A stretch of DNA of 64,000 nucleotides from Dicyema japonicum (lineage: Eukaryota; Animalia; Dicyemida). Of this stretch, positions 52,520-64,000 are shown piece after piece. Below the pieces are notes generated by a model that made no database searches, was not told the origin of the DNA, and was given only the letters and a program-made list of their open reading frames with translations. The translations under genes and the position numbers were made by a program. The stretch is from contig RDEW01000022.1 in assembly GCA_011109175.1 (NCBI GenBank), positions 124,001 through 188,000 on the forward strand, in the 5' to 3' direction. Positions within the stretch are counted from its first letter, which is position 1. The number at the start of each line of letters is the position of its first letter.

Positions 52520-52755
52520 CGGGAACCCCCAAGAGGTGGAGAGAAGTTGATGGCTTTTTTCGTTTTTTTCCAGAATGGATGATACCTTATCGGGTGAGCC
52601 ATAAGACACCAAGTTAAGCACATGTTTTTCAAACTCGTATCAAATTCATGGAGACGCACAGGTTTCGGATGGCACGTTTGGTAGCGAGAACTGGGATCAC
52701 CTAACTAGTCGACATTACTTTTGTCTTTCTCGGTGATCCCGGGGTTAATAAATAG
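52520..52755. mobile_element. ~235-bp mini-element: inverted 5' terminus joined to the 3' terminus of the Vingi-like family
   Basis: 52530-52615 is the reverse complement of 41035-41120. 52660-52755 matches the 3' end (GATGGCACGTTTGG...GGATCACCTAACTAG...CCCGGGGTTAATAAATA). Confidence 0.6.
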
Positions 52756-53947
52756 ATTTTGTTCTTTAGTGAATGCACAATATCTGCTTTAAATATTTAA
52801 AAACATTTTCAGGAGATTATTGTTTGACTACATTAATGTGCATTGTGAAAACATGTTCCATATTTCATACTCAAAATATCTCGCTGTTATCTTCTTCAGA
52901 GCATTATAAAAATCTCTCAATTTCCATATTCCAATTAAATAATGATTTATTGGGCTGTTTTCGTTATCATGTTTTCTAGTGTTTATTTTCGAAGGCCTTT
53001 TCAAAGCAATTTCGTATTTCTGATTTATTTATTCCCAGGCCACAAGTAAACAAGTTGCATTATCTAAGTCTTTATTGGAATGCCCATTTGCAATTTTGCA
53101 GACAATAAGTTTTAACGTTGACTGGGAAATTTTTGCACATCAGAGAACGAAAAACTACATAAACTTCTGTATTTAATTGGTACCCATCTACCCTATTTGG
53201 CGTAGAGCAACCTTTAATAAGATACCCTTTTAGTCGACGATGCCAACTTCCTTTTCCAGTCGACTTCCATCAGAGATGCCATTCTTCTTACAAATAAATG
53301 CATATTTATGCAGATCTGATTGTATTTCCTTACATATTCTATTTTTTATCATTTTGATTTAACTTCCTGGTCATACACCTTTAAATTTTTTAAGATAAAT
53401 TTAAAAATTGTCACACTAATTTCGCCCATTTGGGGTTTATTACTAAAGAAAATTTCCCCCAAATTGATGTTTTGTCCAAAAAGAGGTTTTCTTCACAGTT
53501 TAAGTTTTTCCAAAACGAGGTCGGACTGTACTACAATCGAAAGTGGTTGTGTCTTTTAAAGGGTCGAACTAACAACATTGACGATTGACTAAATCTGCTC
53601 GTTAGTACACCTTTAGGAGAGACTGTGCACCTTTTAGGGCTTCGAACAGACCATAGCTTCGACCCTCTTCTGGCATCTTATGGCAAAATCGTCGATACGA
53701 AAAAATCTATTCTTCCAGTTCAGTCAGAAACCAGAAAATCCACTAAGTTTGTCCGTGTCCTGACCACATAGTTTATACGAGGCTGAGTTATGATATACTT
53801 GTTGCATTAGTAAATTAGTTTGTTGGATAATATATGCGAGTAAACCTCCTAGCAGTTGCTTTAATCTCCGTAAATCATTAGGGAACAAGAAAGGTATACC
53901 CTAGGATAAAGAGGAAATAGTCTGCAACATCGTTTGCTCCTCAAAAG

Positions 53948-54195
53948 CAACGAGAGAGTCTATATCCGCAGTGTCAAGGATTCATTTTTACTCTCAAAAA
54001 TATCGAATAGTATATTATTTATTTATTTAATAACCCCGAAAAGGGAACACCAAGAAAGAAGGAGTAAACCAACGAGAGAGTCTATATCCGCAGTGTCAAG
54101 GATTCATTTTTACTCTCAAAAATATCGAATAGTATATTATTTATTTATTTAATAACCCCGAAAAGGGAACACCAAGAAAGAAGGAGTAAACCAAC
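53948..54195. repeat. 122-bp tandem duplication covering a LINE 3' end plus flank
   Basis: CAACGAGAGAGTCTATATCCGCAG occurs at 53948 and 54070. Confidence 0.85.
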
Positions 54196-56610
54196 TAATT
54201 AAGTGATCCCGGTACGCCTCAACAGGATCGAGAGGTTTTTCCTGTGTTCCTCCAGAGTACCCACGGCTTTCCTGAATAGACGACGATCATCTTTCATTAG
54301 AGTTTGAAGAGGAGTGGGTTTTTTCCCCAAATTTCGTGTATTTGAGGCCTTTAGCCTTGAATGGAAGAAACGACTTGTTTCTTGGCCACACAGACAGATG
54401 AAGCCGGAGCCATTATTTTTGATTGCGGCGTGGTCAAGCATTGGAGGGAAAAGATCGGGGGGTAGATTCGTTTGACGTGCTAGTTTTCCAATTAGGGTAT
54501 TGATCTTGAGTGAATTTGATATCGAAGCTCCATAGGCCCATGAGGCACAGGCGTACTCAATCGTCGGTTTTAGGAGTTGATTGAACACGACGAGGGCGCA
54601 TTCCTGTGAAGGTTTGGACTTCAAGAGCGGTTTGATAATATTAAGTTTCCTGAGACCCTTTGTCATAACGTTCTTCACATGTTGAGAAAATGTCATCAAA
54701 GGGTCAAATGTCACTCCCAGGATAGTTGGACGAGTCTGTAGTGGTAAGGAGTCTCCAAAAATGTTCAAATCAAGTGTATGTTTTTCTTTTCTGTCCGTGG
54801 TGAAAATTGTATATGTTGATTTGTCCCTGGATACGGAGAGACGATTCATCTTCAACCAGGCTCCCAGGTCGTCAATATGTGACTGGAGCTCTGATTTTGC
54901 TGTACCCACGTATTTGTTCCTGCTAGCGATGATTAGGTCGTCAGCATAAGTGAGAAGCATTGAATCTGGTCCTCCAGGGCAGGGTAAATCGTTGAGGAAC
55001 AAGTTGAATAATGCCGGAGAGAGGGGCGATCCTTGAGGGACGCCATTTGGTAGGAGACGGGACCTCGATCTTGCCTGGCCTATACAGACACGTCCTCTTC
55101 TTCCGGAGAGAAAATTGGCTATCCATCTTTTCAAATCCGTCTGAATGGTGGTGCCAAAAACCTCCTTCGTGAGTAATGTTCTCGAGACAGAATCGAACGC
55201 CTTTTGGATATCCAGGGAAACCACTATTGTCCGTAGATGGCGTTTCGGTACGTTGAACCCTTCTGATATAAATTGAGACAGTGAAGTCAAATGTGTCGTA
55301 GTTGAACGCTCACATTTGAAACCATGTTGTAAGTGGCAGTCGGGCAAATGGGGTTTAATTTTCCAGAGTACGAGTTCTCCATTAAGCGCGATAATGCGCA
55401 CGTTAATGAAATTGGACAGTAGGAAGAAGGTAAGGTTTTCGGTTTTCATGGTTTAAGGATTGGTATTATAAGTGAGTTTTTCCATTTGCATGGGATGACG
55501 TTCATGTTCGAAGATAAATTAAAAATTGACGTAATCGAATTGATTGCAACATTATCAAGGTGTTTTAGCAAAATTCCCGGAATATCGTCAGGATACACGT
55601 ATAAGATCTTTTCATCGATCTTATAGCCTGTGTGACCTCGACATGCGTATATAAATTGATCCACGAAGTTGGTTTAGGCATTAAATTCCTAAGGTGACAA
55701 GAATGTGATTTCGAGAAGTCCTTGTGACTTATGGATGCGTAGTATTTCATTAGATTGTTAGCTTGAACAGTATTTTGAGCAGAAAAAGATTCTGATTCAT
55801 CTGATAAGTTTAGCTTGATTCGACGAATAGTTTTCCATAAAAGACTCGTAGATTTCATATGTCCAATAGATGATAATAGCCACTTCCACGCCTTATCTTT
55901 CTTTTCTCTGATGAACTTTGTAATTCTCTGATTTAAGCATTTTATATTTTCCAAATCAGAAGAGGTTTGCAGATGATTCATCTTCAGTGAGTTTTTTTGT
56001 TTGACAATTCTCAGAGTCCAGAGAAGGCTAGTGGGATTTGTAAACTGCACGTGGTTCAAACAACTTTTCAGCAGGAAGGAATACATGGTTTAGATGGTCC
56101 ACTGCTTTGTCGATGGAGCAAAATGAAGTGGGATCACAATAGAAATTTGTTCCGCGGTCTTGTGTAGAATTAAATAATCCACTTGCGAGCTCACATCGTG
56201 AAAGGATAAAACGTTTTTAATAATGGTGAGTAAGCCGCAACCACGTACAATGCTGTCTTTTCTGATAGAGATGTATCCAGGAAAAATTGGGGTTGTACTG
56301 TTTGTAGAAAGTTTTGACTCCTGGATAAGGCAGATATCAGTCTTGTGCTTGGCTAATAAACATCATAACTCTAGAATCTTTGTTTTTATTCCGCTAGCAT
56401 TGAGTTGCATAATAACATGGGGTTTTGGTTCAGGCTTTTGTTCAATATCTCCAGAAAGCAATGGAATTCAGGGGAACAAACAACATCTCTAGTTTCCAGT
56501 TGAGGTATACGATCCAGGCATAAGGAGTCTGGATGGGAAAGAGCAAATGGTTTTTTTTGGTGTATTATTACACTGAGGGCCACCACAAAGGTGAACCACA
56601 TGACGCCACG
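54130..56610 (-). mobile_element. Second full-length Ingi/Vingi-like LINE with frameshifts and deletions
   Basis: Degenerate 2A (LLSGDIEQKPEP), QLNASGIK...LIQESKL, QHGF, DIQKAFD, GVPQGSPLSPALFNLF, YADD. Its 5' end CGTGGCGTCATGTGGTTCA matches 41037. Confidence 0.86.
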
Positions 56611-56719
56611 AGAATAAAAATTTTTTTTAAACTGCCTATATTATTTAAAAAATTTTAAGAATAGAATATTATTTATTAACTATGGAGGAGAGCGCCTGCT
56701 GACATCACGGAGTAAGCTT

Positions 56720-56910
56720 AAGCATCTCCGCTTAAAGAAACAGCAAGCAGCATACAGAGCCCCGGTATTTCTCAACACAGGAACATAGTAGGTGTCTCTT
56801 AGCCACGTTATTCATCCCTCTGCCATTGAAAGTAAGGATGTGTAGGTTATTGGATTGTTCTAAATGTTTTAGACATAAAAGCAAAATAGAGGTACGTCAC
56901 CACCTCAACC
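56720..56910 (-). mobile_element. 5' fragment of an RTE LINE
   Basis: TGAGGTGGTGACGT is followed by LHILTFNGRGMNNVAKRHLLCSCVEKY, paralogous to the start of the 12.1-kb element. Confidence 0.6.
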
Positions 56911-57129
56911 AATAAGTTTTTGAAATTTGACAATTCTTAATGTACCCTTTCTCTCCTACCTCGTCTACAAAATTTAAAGAATTAATTATTTCGGGGTACA
57001 TATCATTAAATCCATTGCTTTAGTCAATTCTGTTGTTTCTATTTCAATTTTTTATTAAAGAATAAATTCGATGTTTAAAAATCCTCTTCTACAAAGTTTC
57101 ACCGTATATAGTATGGTTATGATATATTT

Positions 57130-58430
57130 ACGTCTAAATGAACAGGTCCCCGAAATGTCGCAATGAACAACTACTTCGGAAATACGAGAGCTGGATTCCG
57201 TCAACGCCGATTATATTGAATGAAGACCTATCGGGGGTTGGTATTAGACTAACTCTGGGGTACGACCTAAAAGAACTACACGCAAGAGAAGATCATAGTC
57301 GAGGCTGACGGAGAGGATGATTCTGAATGCGGTACAGGGAAACTTTAGTGTCCAATCCGTCTTTCCTCCTAAGGTTGGTCTTGGAATTCTGAGTTTATCT
57401 CCAAAATTGAGAAAGTTTCTTCTCATACTTTGAGAAGGATTCTAGAATAATTAGACTTTGACCCAAATGGATGGTCTAGATTTTTGATCATTTAAAGGAA
57501 ATATTGCTGGCGTTTTAATGAAGCATTATTGGTGTTTCGTTTAATGTTTTCCATAATAACAAGATAAAAGAGAGTCACAATAAAACTCTAACAGATCATA
57601 GATAACATAACATGATTTATTTGCAAAACCCCAACTAACTAAACAAGGTAAGAGCCATTAACTAAAAAGGAAAGCCAAGATTTGGGGTCGTCTATATCGG
57701 GGCACTCTCATGAGACACCGTATGTCTCTTCTCCGTAAAAAGCCCCAATTACAATGCGAGTTTCCACAAGCAATGTAATAAATCACCGATTCTTCTCGTT
57801 TTTCTATTGTATTCGTCATCAATTTCAGATGCTAAATCCAATCCATGTGCTTCAATTTAGTTTCATTTATAATTAGAACTTCCATCTGGATCGTGCTGGC
57901 TATAGCAACCAGCACTGAGGCCCGTTTCCGAAGAGAACGGGCATTAACCAGGGTTATCCTGACTACTTCTGGTTTTTTCGGTGGCTGCCCTCTCTTCTTA
58001 AGAGCACCACTCTCTTCTCTGTGTTGAAGCTTCTACTGTTTCTTTTTTAGAAGGTTTCTTATTATTTGTCGTATTCCAGCCAGTCTGCCCATACATTCTA
58101 AACTCTGACTTTAATTTCTTATTCGTTCCAGTTTTGGAAACTTCACTTTCTCCATTATGGGCATTTTCTCGTTTTAGAAAAATTTTCCATTCGATTCTTT
58201 CCTTTTTTGGTCAATTTTGTTTTTCTTCGCAATGTTAGCTTCAACAGCCTTGGAGCATCTTCCATAATTTAGTTTCGTTTATAATTAGAACTTCCATCTG
58301 GATCGTGCTGGCTATAGCAACCAGCACTGAGGCCCGTTTCCAAAGAGAACGGGCATTAATCAGGGTTATCCTGACTACTTCTGGTTTTTTTTTCGGTCGC
58401 TGGCCTCTCTTCTCTGTATTGAAGCTTCTA
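57130..58430 (-). mobile_element. Degenerate APE-type LINE remnant with an internal ~170-bp duplication
   Basis: RITLVNARSLRKR...LIINETKL is an APE N-terminus. 57853-58030 is repeated at 58266-58430. Confidence 0.55.
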
Positions 58431-58472
58431 TAGATCAGGTCGGTGATCAGTCTTCTTAAATTTGAAGTTTAC

Positions 58473-58677
58473 TAAAACATGCTAAATTTTACCAATGCAT
58501 TATCATCCAAAGGGCAAACTTAATTTATGTTTTTCTTAATTTCTTTAAGAACGAGATGATGTGGTCCATTTATACTAAACCATGCTAAATTTTACCAATG
58601 CGTTATCATCCAAAGGGCAAACTTAATTTATGTTTTTCTTAATTTCTTTAAGAACGAGATGATGTGGTCCATTTATA
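58473..58677. repeat. 103-bp tandem duplication
   Basis: CATGCTAAATTTTACCAATG occurs at 58478 and 58581. Confidence 0.85.
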
Positions 58678-59008
58678 AAATAATAATTTCCGGAAGAAAA
58701 AAAGACCAAACTAAACGATACTAGTGAATCACTCGTCACTGCGTGCTCACTCGTCACTGCGTGATAGATCAAAGGAAGACGACAGGGCAAGGGAGAGAGC
58801 CCTATTGAAATTCATTAGGATCACATAAATTTTGAAAATCCATACAGAGTAGGGACAAAATGAACAGGTCTCTAGTTAAAAAAATATATCTGGCTGTGAG
58901 CCAACAGAAATGACACGTCTCAGCCGTCTCAGAAAATCAATGCGTAAATATTTTAAGTAATAAAGACGATTAACCCATTTAACCAAAAAGAAATCATAAT
59001 TAGCTTAA

Positions 59009-59305
59009 CTAAAGGAATGGTTCGGTAAAGAGTGATTCATTACGGGATTTCATTTTGATGTAAATATTAGCAATTACGCCAGTAAGTATTATAAATAGTA
59101 CCAATGACAACACTAGTCCGAAGATTCCAATTATTTGATGTTTCGTCAGTTTTTTTATGGATTCATTTTCAGACGATATTAGTTCTTCAAAACTTATTTT
59201 ATCTAAAATTCAAACAAGTTTACTCACCATCTGCAATATTATGATGTTTAATCGTGGTTTTGTTTTTAATTTCAGTAGATGATTGTGTTTCAAAGCATCC
59301 TTCAT
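59009..59305 (-). pseudogene. 3' two exons (stalk, transmembrane helix, tail) of a LAMP-like paralog; 5' part lost
   Basis: DEGCFETQSSTE...|DKISFEELISSE...KLTKHQIIGIFGLVLSLVLFIILTGVIANIYIKMK...* with a 25-nt intron at 59203-59227. The last exon is 194 nt, as in 61141-61334. Upstream splice sites are mutated. Confidence 0.75.
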
Positions 59306-59809
59306 ATAAAATTCAGTCAGATTTATTATCCTCATTTTCCAATATGGAAATCACCTCGCGTCCCCATTTTTAGAAATGTCGGATACAAGGAAGTATTGGA
59401 TACACCAATTTCTGTGTTCGAATCTTATCTGGCCAAAATTGGTGGACCTTAGATATGTGTGCCTTGTGAAGGAATAAGAGTTAGTTATTGTTTTTCAAAT
59501 GTTCTTAATAGAAATGATAATATCTGAATCAAGATACTAGGTATCTTGATGTCCAAATATTTTGCCTACGTACTAAAGAAATGAATTCATATTCTCACTA
59601 AAAAAAGTGGTCTGGGATCACAGGGTACATTATTTTTCTCGTTTGCCCAAGTGATTCATTTTATTTAACCATAATAATTAGTCAATAATGGTTCCACTGA
59701 TTAATTAGAATTTTTTATTTTAAAAAATTATTCATTTAAGGATTTGTTAAGTTAATTCAATATTTGGGAGACTACGCAGAGAGGATCCGGAAATTTATGG
59801 AGGCTGGTA

Positions 59810-61000
59810 TTATTATTATTATTAACCCAAGAATACCAATAGTTAATTTATTACTAAATTAAGTGATCTCGAAGGATTCAATCAGAATTCTCATTTTCTC
59901 CTCGTGCGCCTGAGATCCAACACAACTCTGTAGGTGGAGTGTTTTCAGGAATAGGTATTGGAAAGGGGTGATGTATTCCCTTCTCACAAGACACGTCGTG
60001 AATGTGTATTGTTGAGAGTTGCTTGCTTGCACAGGGTAGCAAATTAGTTTCCATTTTGTAGGATAAAGTCTTCAAGTGATGAGGGTATTAGTTTTTCTGG
60101 TTTCCAGAGATCACTAATAGTAGTGGTTTTTAAGGCCTGAATGTCCCTGTTTCTTTGTTTGTTCGTCCAGGACAGATTAATTCTCCATGACGTACAGGCA
60201 TGGCTGACAGATGGCTCAATGAATTGTTTGTACAACAATTTCAAAGCAGGGAAAGGGGTTTTAATGCCACCGAAAATAGTTTTGATTATCCCTAGCTTTC
60301 TTGAGCAGCTTCCAGAGACGGCGTCGACGTGAGATGATAAGGACATGTGTGTGTCGAAGGTAATCCCGAAGATATTCAGTTTCTTCGTGAAAGGTATTTT
60401 CGTCTGGTTGATAAATATTTCCACTGTCATTTGTTCAAGTCGTTTTCTGAGGTAAATAAAGACAAAGAAGATTTTTCAGTAGATATATCTAGCCGGTTAT
60501 AATTTAGCCAAATTTAATCTTGTGAAGGTATTCTTGTAGTCTTTCTAATGCCTTTGGGATATCTTGATCGCGGGATCCGATTAATAAGTAATCACCATAT
60601 GATAAGATGAAATCGTCTTTATTATAAGAGTTGTGGTAAATCGAACATGTATAAGTTAAATAAGGCGGGTGATAAAGGGGAACCTTGTGGACACCATTGG
60701 GTAATAATATTGAAATTGGTCCAATTCATGTATATCCGGGCCCTTCTTCCATTTATGAAGTTAGTAAACCAATGTTTTTTTTGGTGTAATCGGGGAGAAC
60801 AAACAACTTCCGGGTTAGGATTTTTCTTAAGACAGAGTCGAAGGCCTTTTATAAATCAATCGACAAACGACTGTTTTAATTTGTGTTAAAGCCTTCAATG
60901 ATAAATTAATTGACAAAAGTTAGGTTGGTAGACTGCTGCATATTATCAAAGCGACTCCAATCCACTTGAGGAGGCTTTTTTTGAAAGCATCTTAGCATTT
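59810..61000 (-). mobile_element. 5'-truncated Vingi-like LINE
   Basis: PQGSPLSPALFNLYM, IPFTKKLNIFGITFDTHMSLSSHV, LYKQFIEPSVSHACTSW, and a (TAA)n tail. Confidence 0.8.
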
Positions 61001-61140
61001 TTTCGAAAACAGTAGGGATTTTTGGTATACTTTCGTTATATTTGACAAAATAAAAAATTTTGTAAAATTTTAGAATATAGACTGTAATTCAAATAATTAT
61101 AAAAATTTGAATAAATTGAAGAAGATTTGACAAATTAATA

Positions 61141-62442
61141 TTAGTTAGTTACAAAGGTTAATGGAATGCTTTCTTGTATTTCAGTATGTGATTTCGGTTT
61201 GATATAAATAACGAAAATGATACATGTGACTATTACTGCGACAACTCCACACACGATTCCAACTTTTTGAAGTTTCGTCAATTTTTTTAAGGCTTTACTT
61301 TCAGACAAAAGTAGTTTTTCAGTACTTATTTTATCTAAAATTTAGTCGGTTTACAGTATTACGATGGTTAATAGTGGTTTTTTTGTCTTTAATTTCAGTC
61401 GATATTGGTTCTTCAAAGCATCCTTCATCTAAAATTCAGTCGGATTTATTAACCATCTCCAATAAATTCAAAAATTAAATCATTGCGGAAAAATTGTAAT
61501 TTGAGAGATGAAATTTTGATAGTCACATTATTATAGTTTTGTGAGATGATTCCACAATGATAAAATCTTCCCATTTTAATTTGTTTAAATTGTTTTTCAA
61601 GTGAAACACATTTAATTCTTCTATACCCAACACAAACAGAAAAATTATGAATATGATATTTATTCTTATATTGTTTATTAGCCATAAATGTTATAGTAGT
61701 ATGATCACTAGTCAATATATATTTATATTCACTATAATAATTTGTTAAAATATTATAATCATAATCACTGAAATGCTCATCTGTTATCTAAGAATCAATG
61801 TTCATGTGTACAATTGTGTTATTGTCAATATATGATATTTTGATAATTCCACTTATTACTCCTTGGATTCTATTTTTGTTAAATAAAAACCAAATCGGCG
61901 TATTTGGGTCATTATTTGGGTTACAGTCATTAGCTAAATAAATCTTTATTAGAACCTTTTCCAGTAAAATAATCAAAATAATCATCATTGTGATATTGCA
62001 ACTTGTTCGAATAAATTGTAACAGATAAATAATTCGTAAAAATAATATGAGTAAAACCGCATCTGTAGTATTCCCCATATTTAGTTTGTGGTATCTTTGT
62101 GATATTTGTGTAATGTTTACCACCTTAATTATAACAATAAACGTACCATAAACAATTTCTGTTATTAAGTCAATAGTATAAAACTCATTGTAAAAGTGAG
62201 GAATTAGTTTAAAATTTATATTATCACGAGATAACCTATAGTCTCCACGAGTTTTCCAGTGATCTATATGTTGATCGTTTTTTAACTTCCATAAACTATT
62301 TTCCTAAAGTTAATGAAATATATACTATAGATGGATTCTCATAAATTATATATGAATCAATTAATAAATATTTCTCATAGCATATTATTTTGACGATTTT
62401 GCTTAACAGAATAAATATGATAAAATGAATAGTTCTGTTCAT
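61141..62442 (-). CDS. 385-aa type-I membrane glycoprotein with signal peptide, two LAMP-like domains, TM helix and short tail
   Basis: Six GT-AG introns (62304-62325, 62124-62146, 61934-61955, 61788-61811, 61429-61453, 61335-61362; 22-28 nt) give 1158 nt from ATG to TAA without stops. Signal MNRTIHFIIFILLSKIVKIIC; domains YYRCG...NKLQ...FTGK|ANDC and FYHCG...NNVTIKISSLKLQFF...FIGD|DEGC; TM VGIVCGVVAVIVTCIIFVIYI. The gene model is solid; the LAMP call is motif-based. Confidence 0.82.
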
Positions 62443-64000
62443 TTAATCTAAATTTTATTAGGTCAAAGTTTATTATATTTTAATTTTTGACATTATTTTT
62501 TATTTAATTATTTTAAATATTAATAATAATAGATATTTTATTACGATTTTTAAATAAATACAGTAAAGTCTCTCGAATCCTGCTATTTTGGGCTGAAGTC
62601 TGTTGGCCATATTCTAAAAATGCACCCAAGCACGTCAGCAGATGTTATCACGAAGGAGTACTTTGCAGCATCTGGGAAAAGATTCCTTATACATCCAATT
62701 ACGACACTTCTTAATCCTATGTTCCAATTGAAGTGGATTTGCTGAGGTTCAAGATGCCGAAGTAAACTCTACAGTATGTTTCAGAAACTAAATATAGAGT
62801 ATAACTGAGCATTCCTGCGATAAACTAGTCAGGTAAGAGAGCATCGCATTCACACAGTTAAGTTTCCACAGACCACTCGTAAAAACATTGTTCACGTGGT
62901 GATAGAACGATAGAACCAGGACAAATGTCACTCAAGATTCTCGAGTGAGTTTTTAAGGATATCATTTCGTCTAAATTTAACACAAACTCTTCTTTTGGTC
63001 CACTATCCGCAGAAAAATAGAATAGGAAAACTTTCGGGGAACAAAAAAATCTTTCTCTTGAGGAATTATAACTTGGTCGTGAAGTAAGTCATTTTCATAA
63101 GTCAATAGTACTAAATTTATTTTATCATAAGTTAAGGAGTCCCAGGAGGAGAAGATCTCTCAAGAACATTATCGTGAGATATAGTGATTGTCTTACACAA
63201 ACTCGTTTTCTCTGTCCTGTATATAAGTTGGTAAATCTTAGCTTCATTTTGGGTTAAGTCGAGCGTCACATAATTTCTTAGTAACAATTTTTCATGACAC
63301 CGAATGTAAATCAAACAAGAACAATCACTGGAATTCCCTTATATGCGGATGTGGGTGTATGTGATACTCGGGCTCCCATTTAATAGTTAAAGGAATAAGC
63401 AAGAAAAAAATAGCTTACAATAACTGTAAGCACTATAATAAAATAGTATTTTTAGACTGAAAACAAGCGCTTGTTCAGAACTCATGAAGTAGCAATAGTG
63501 CACTATAACATGATTCTATTATACATAATATCCTCATTTTCCAATATGGAAGTCACCTCGCGTCCCCATTTTTAGAGATGTCGGATAAAAAAAGATGTAA
63601 GTTTTGCATTCATCATCCGAAAATTGTAAAAAAAATGTTAAACGACTTTTTGTCTTTACAGTATGTTTTTTCGACTTAAATAAGGTTTTTCGATTTTTTT
63701 TCGACAAAATATTAACTTTTTATTCAGAGTTCGGATTACTTGTCTTGGAAACTTGTGATCCAGAAAATTCTTGAGTTCCGAGATAACTTTAGCGACGAAA
63801 ATAAAGGATTGAGGTAATGATGCACTGCAGGAATGTTTTAATCTCAATATCTACAAAAATAATCAACTTTAAAAATTTGATATACGAAGTATCGGATACT
63901 CTAAATTTTAGATTCGGCTCTCGGCTGTTACAAATTTTGAAGGAACGTCGACAAGTCTACATTGAGGAGGAACAAGGGAGTTAATAGTTAATTTCAAAAC

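Overview
AT-rich eukaryotic, probably animal, genomic DNA with ultra-short (22-28 nt) GT-AG introns that hide most real genes from the ORF track. I can splice by hand an intact TRUB2-like gene (50570-51578) and an intact 385-aa type-I membrane protein with two LAMP-like domains (61141-62442). The latter belongs to a local family of LAMP-like/mucin genes. The most striking element is a ~1.4-kb minisatellite (35791-37214, minus strand) that parses as 28 symmetric micro-exons (24/27/30 nt) separated by 25-26-nt introns and encodes a stop-free 247-codon Ser/Thr-rich mucin segment. The region is rearranged: a block at ~13.5-22.5 kb is re-copied at ~27.8-34.0 kb with deletions, carrying DHPS and WDR24 pseudogenes. 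Much of the rest is non-LTR retrotransposons of several clades: RTE, Ingi/Vingi-like (with 2A-like peptides and a candidate 5' ribozyme fold), CRE and R4-like. There are no CRISPR arrays and no confident rRNA or tRNA genes. Two single Ns (23404, 35776) mark assembly joins. All protein assignments come from remembered motifs, not from database searches.
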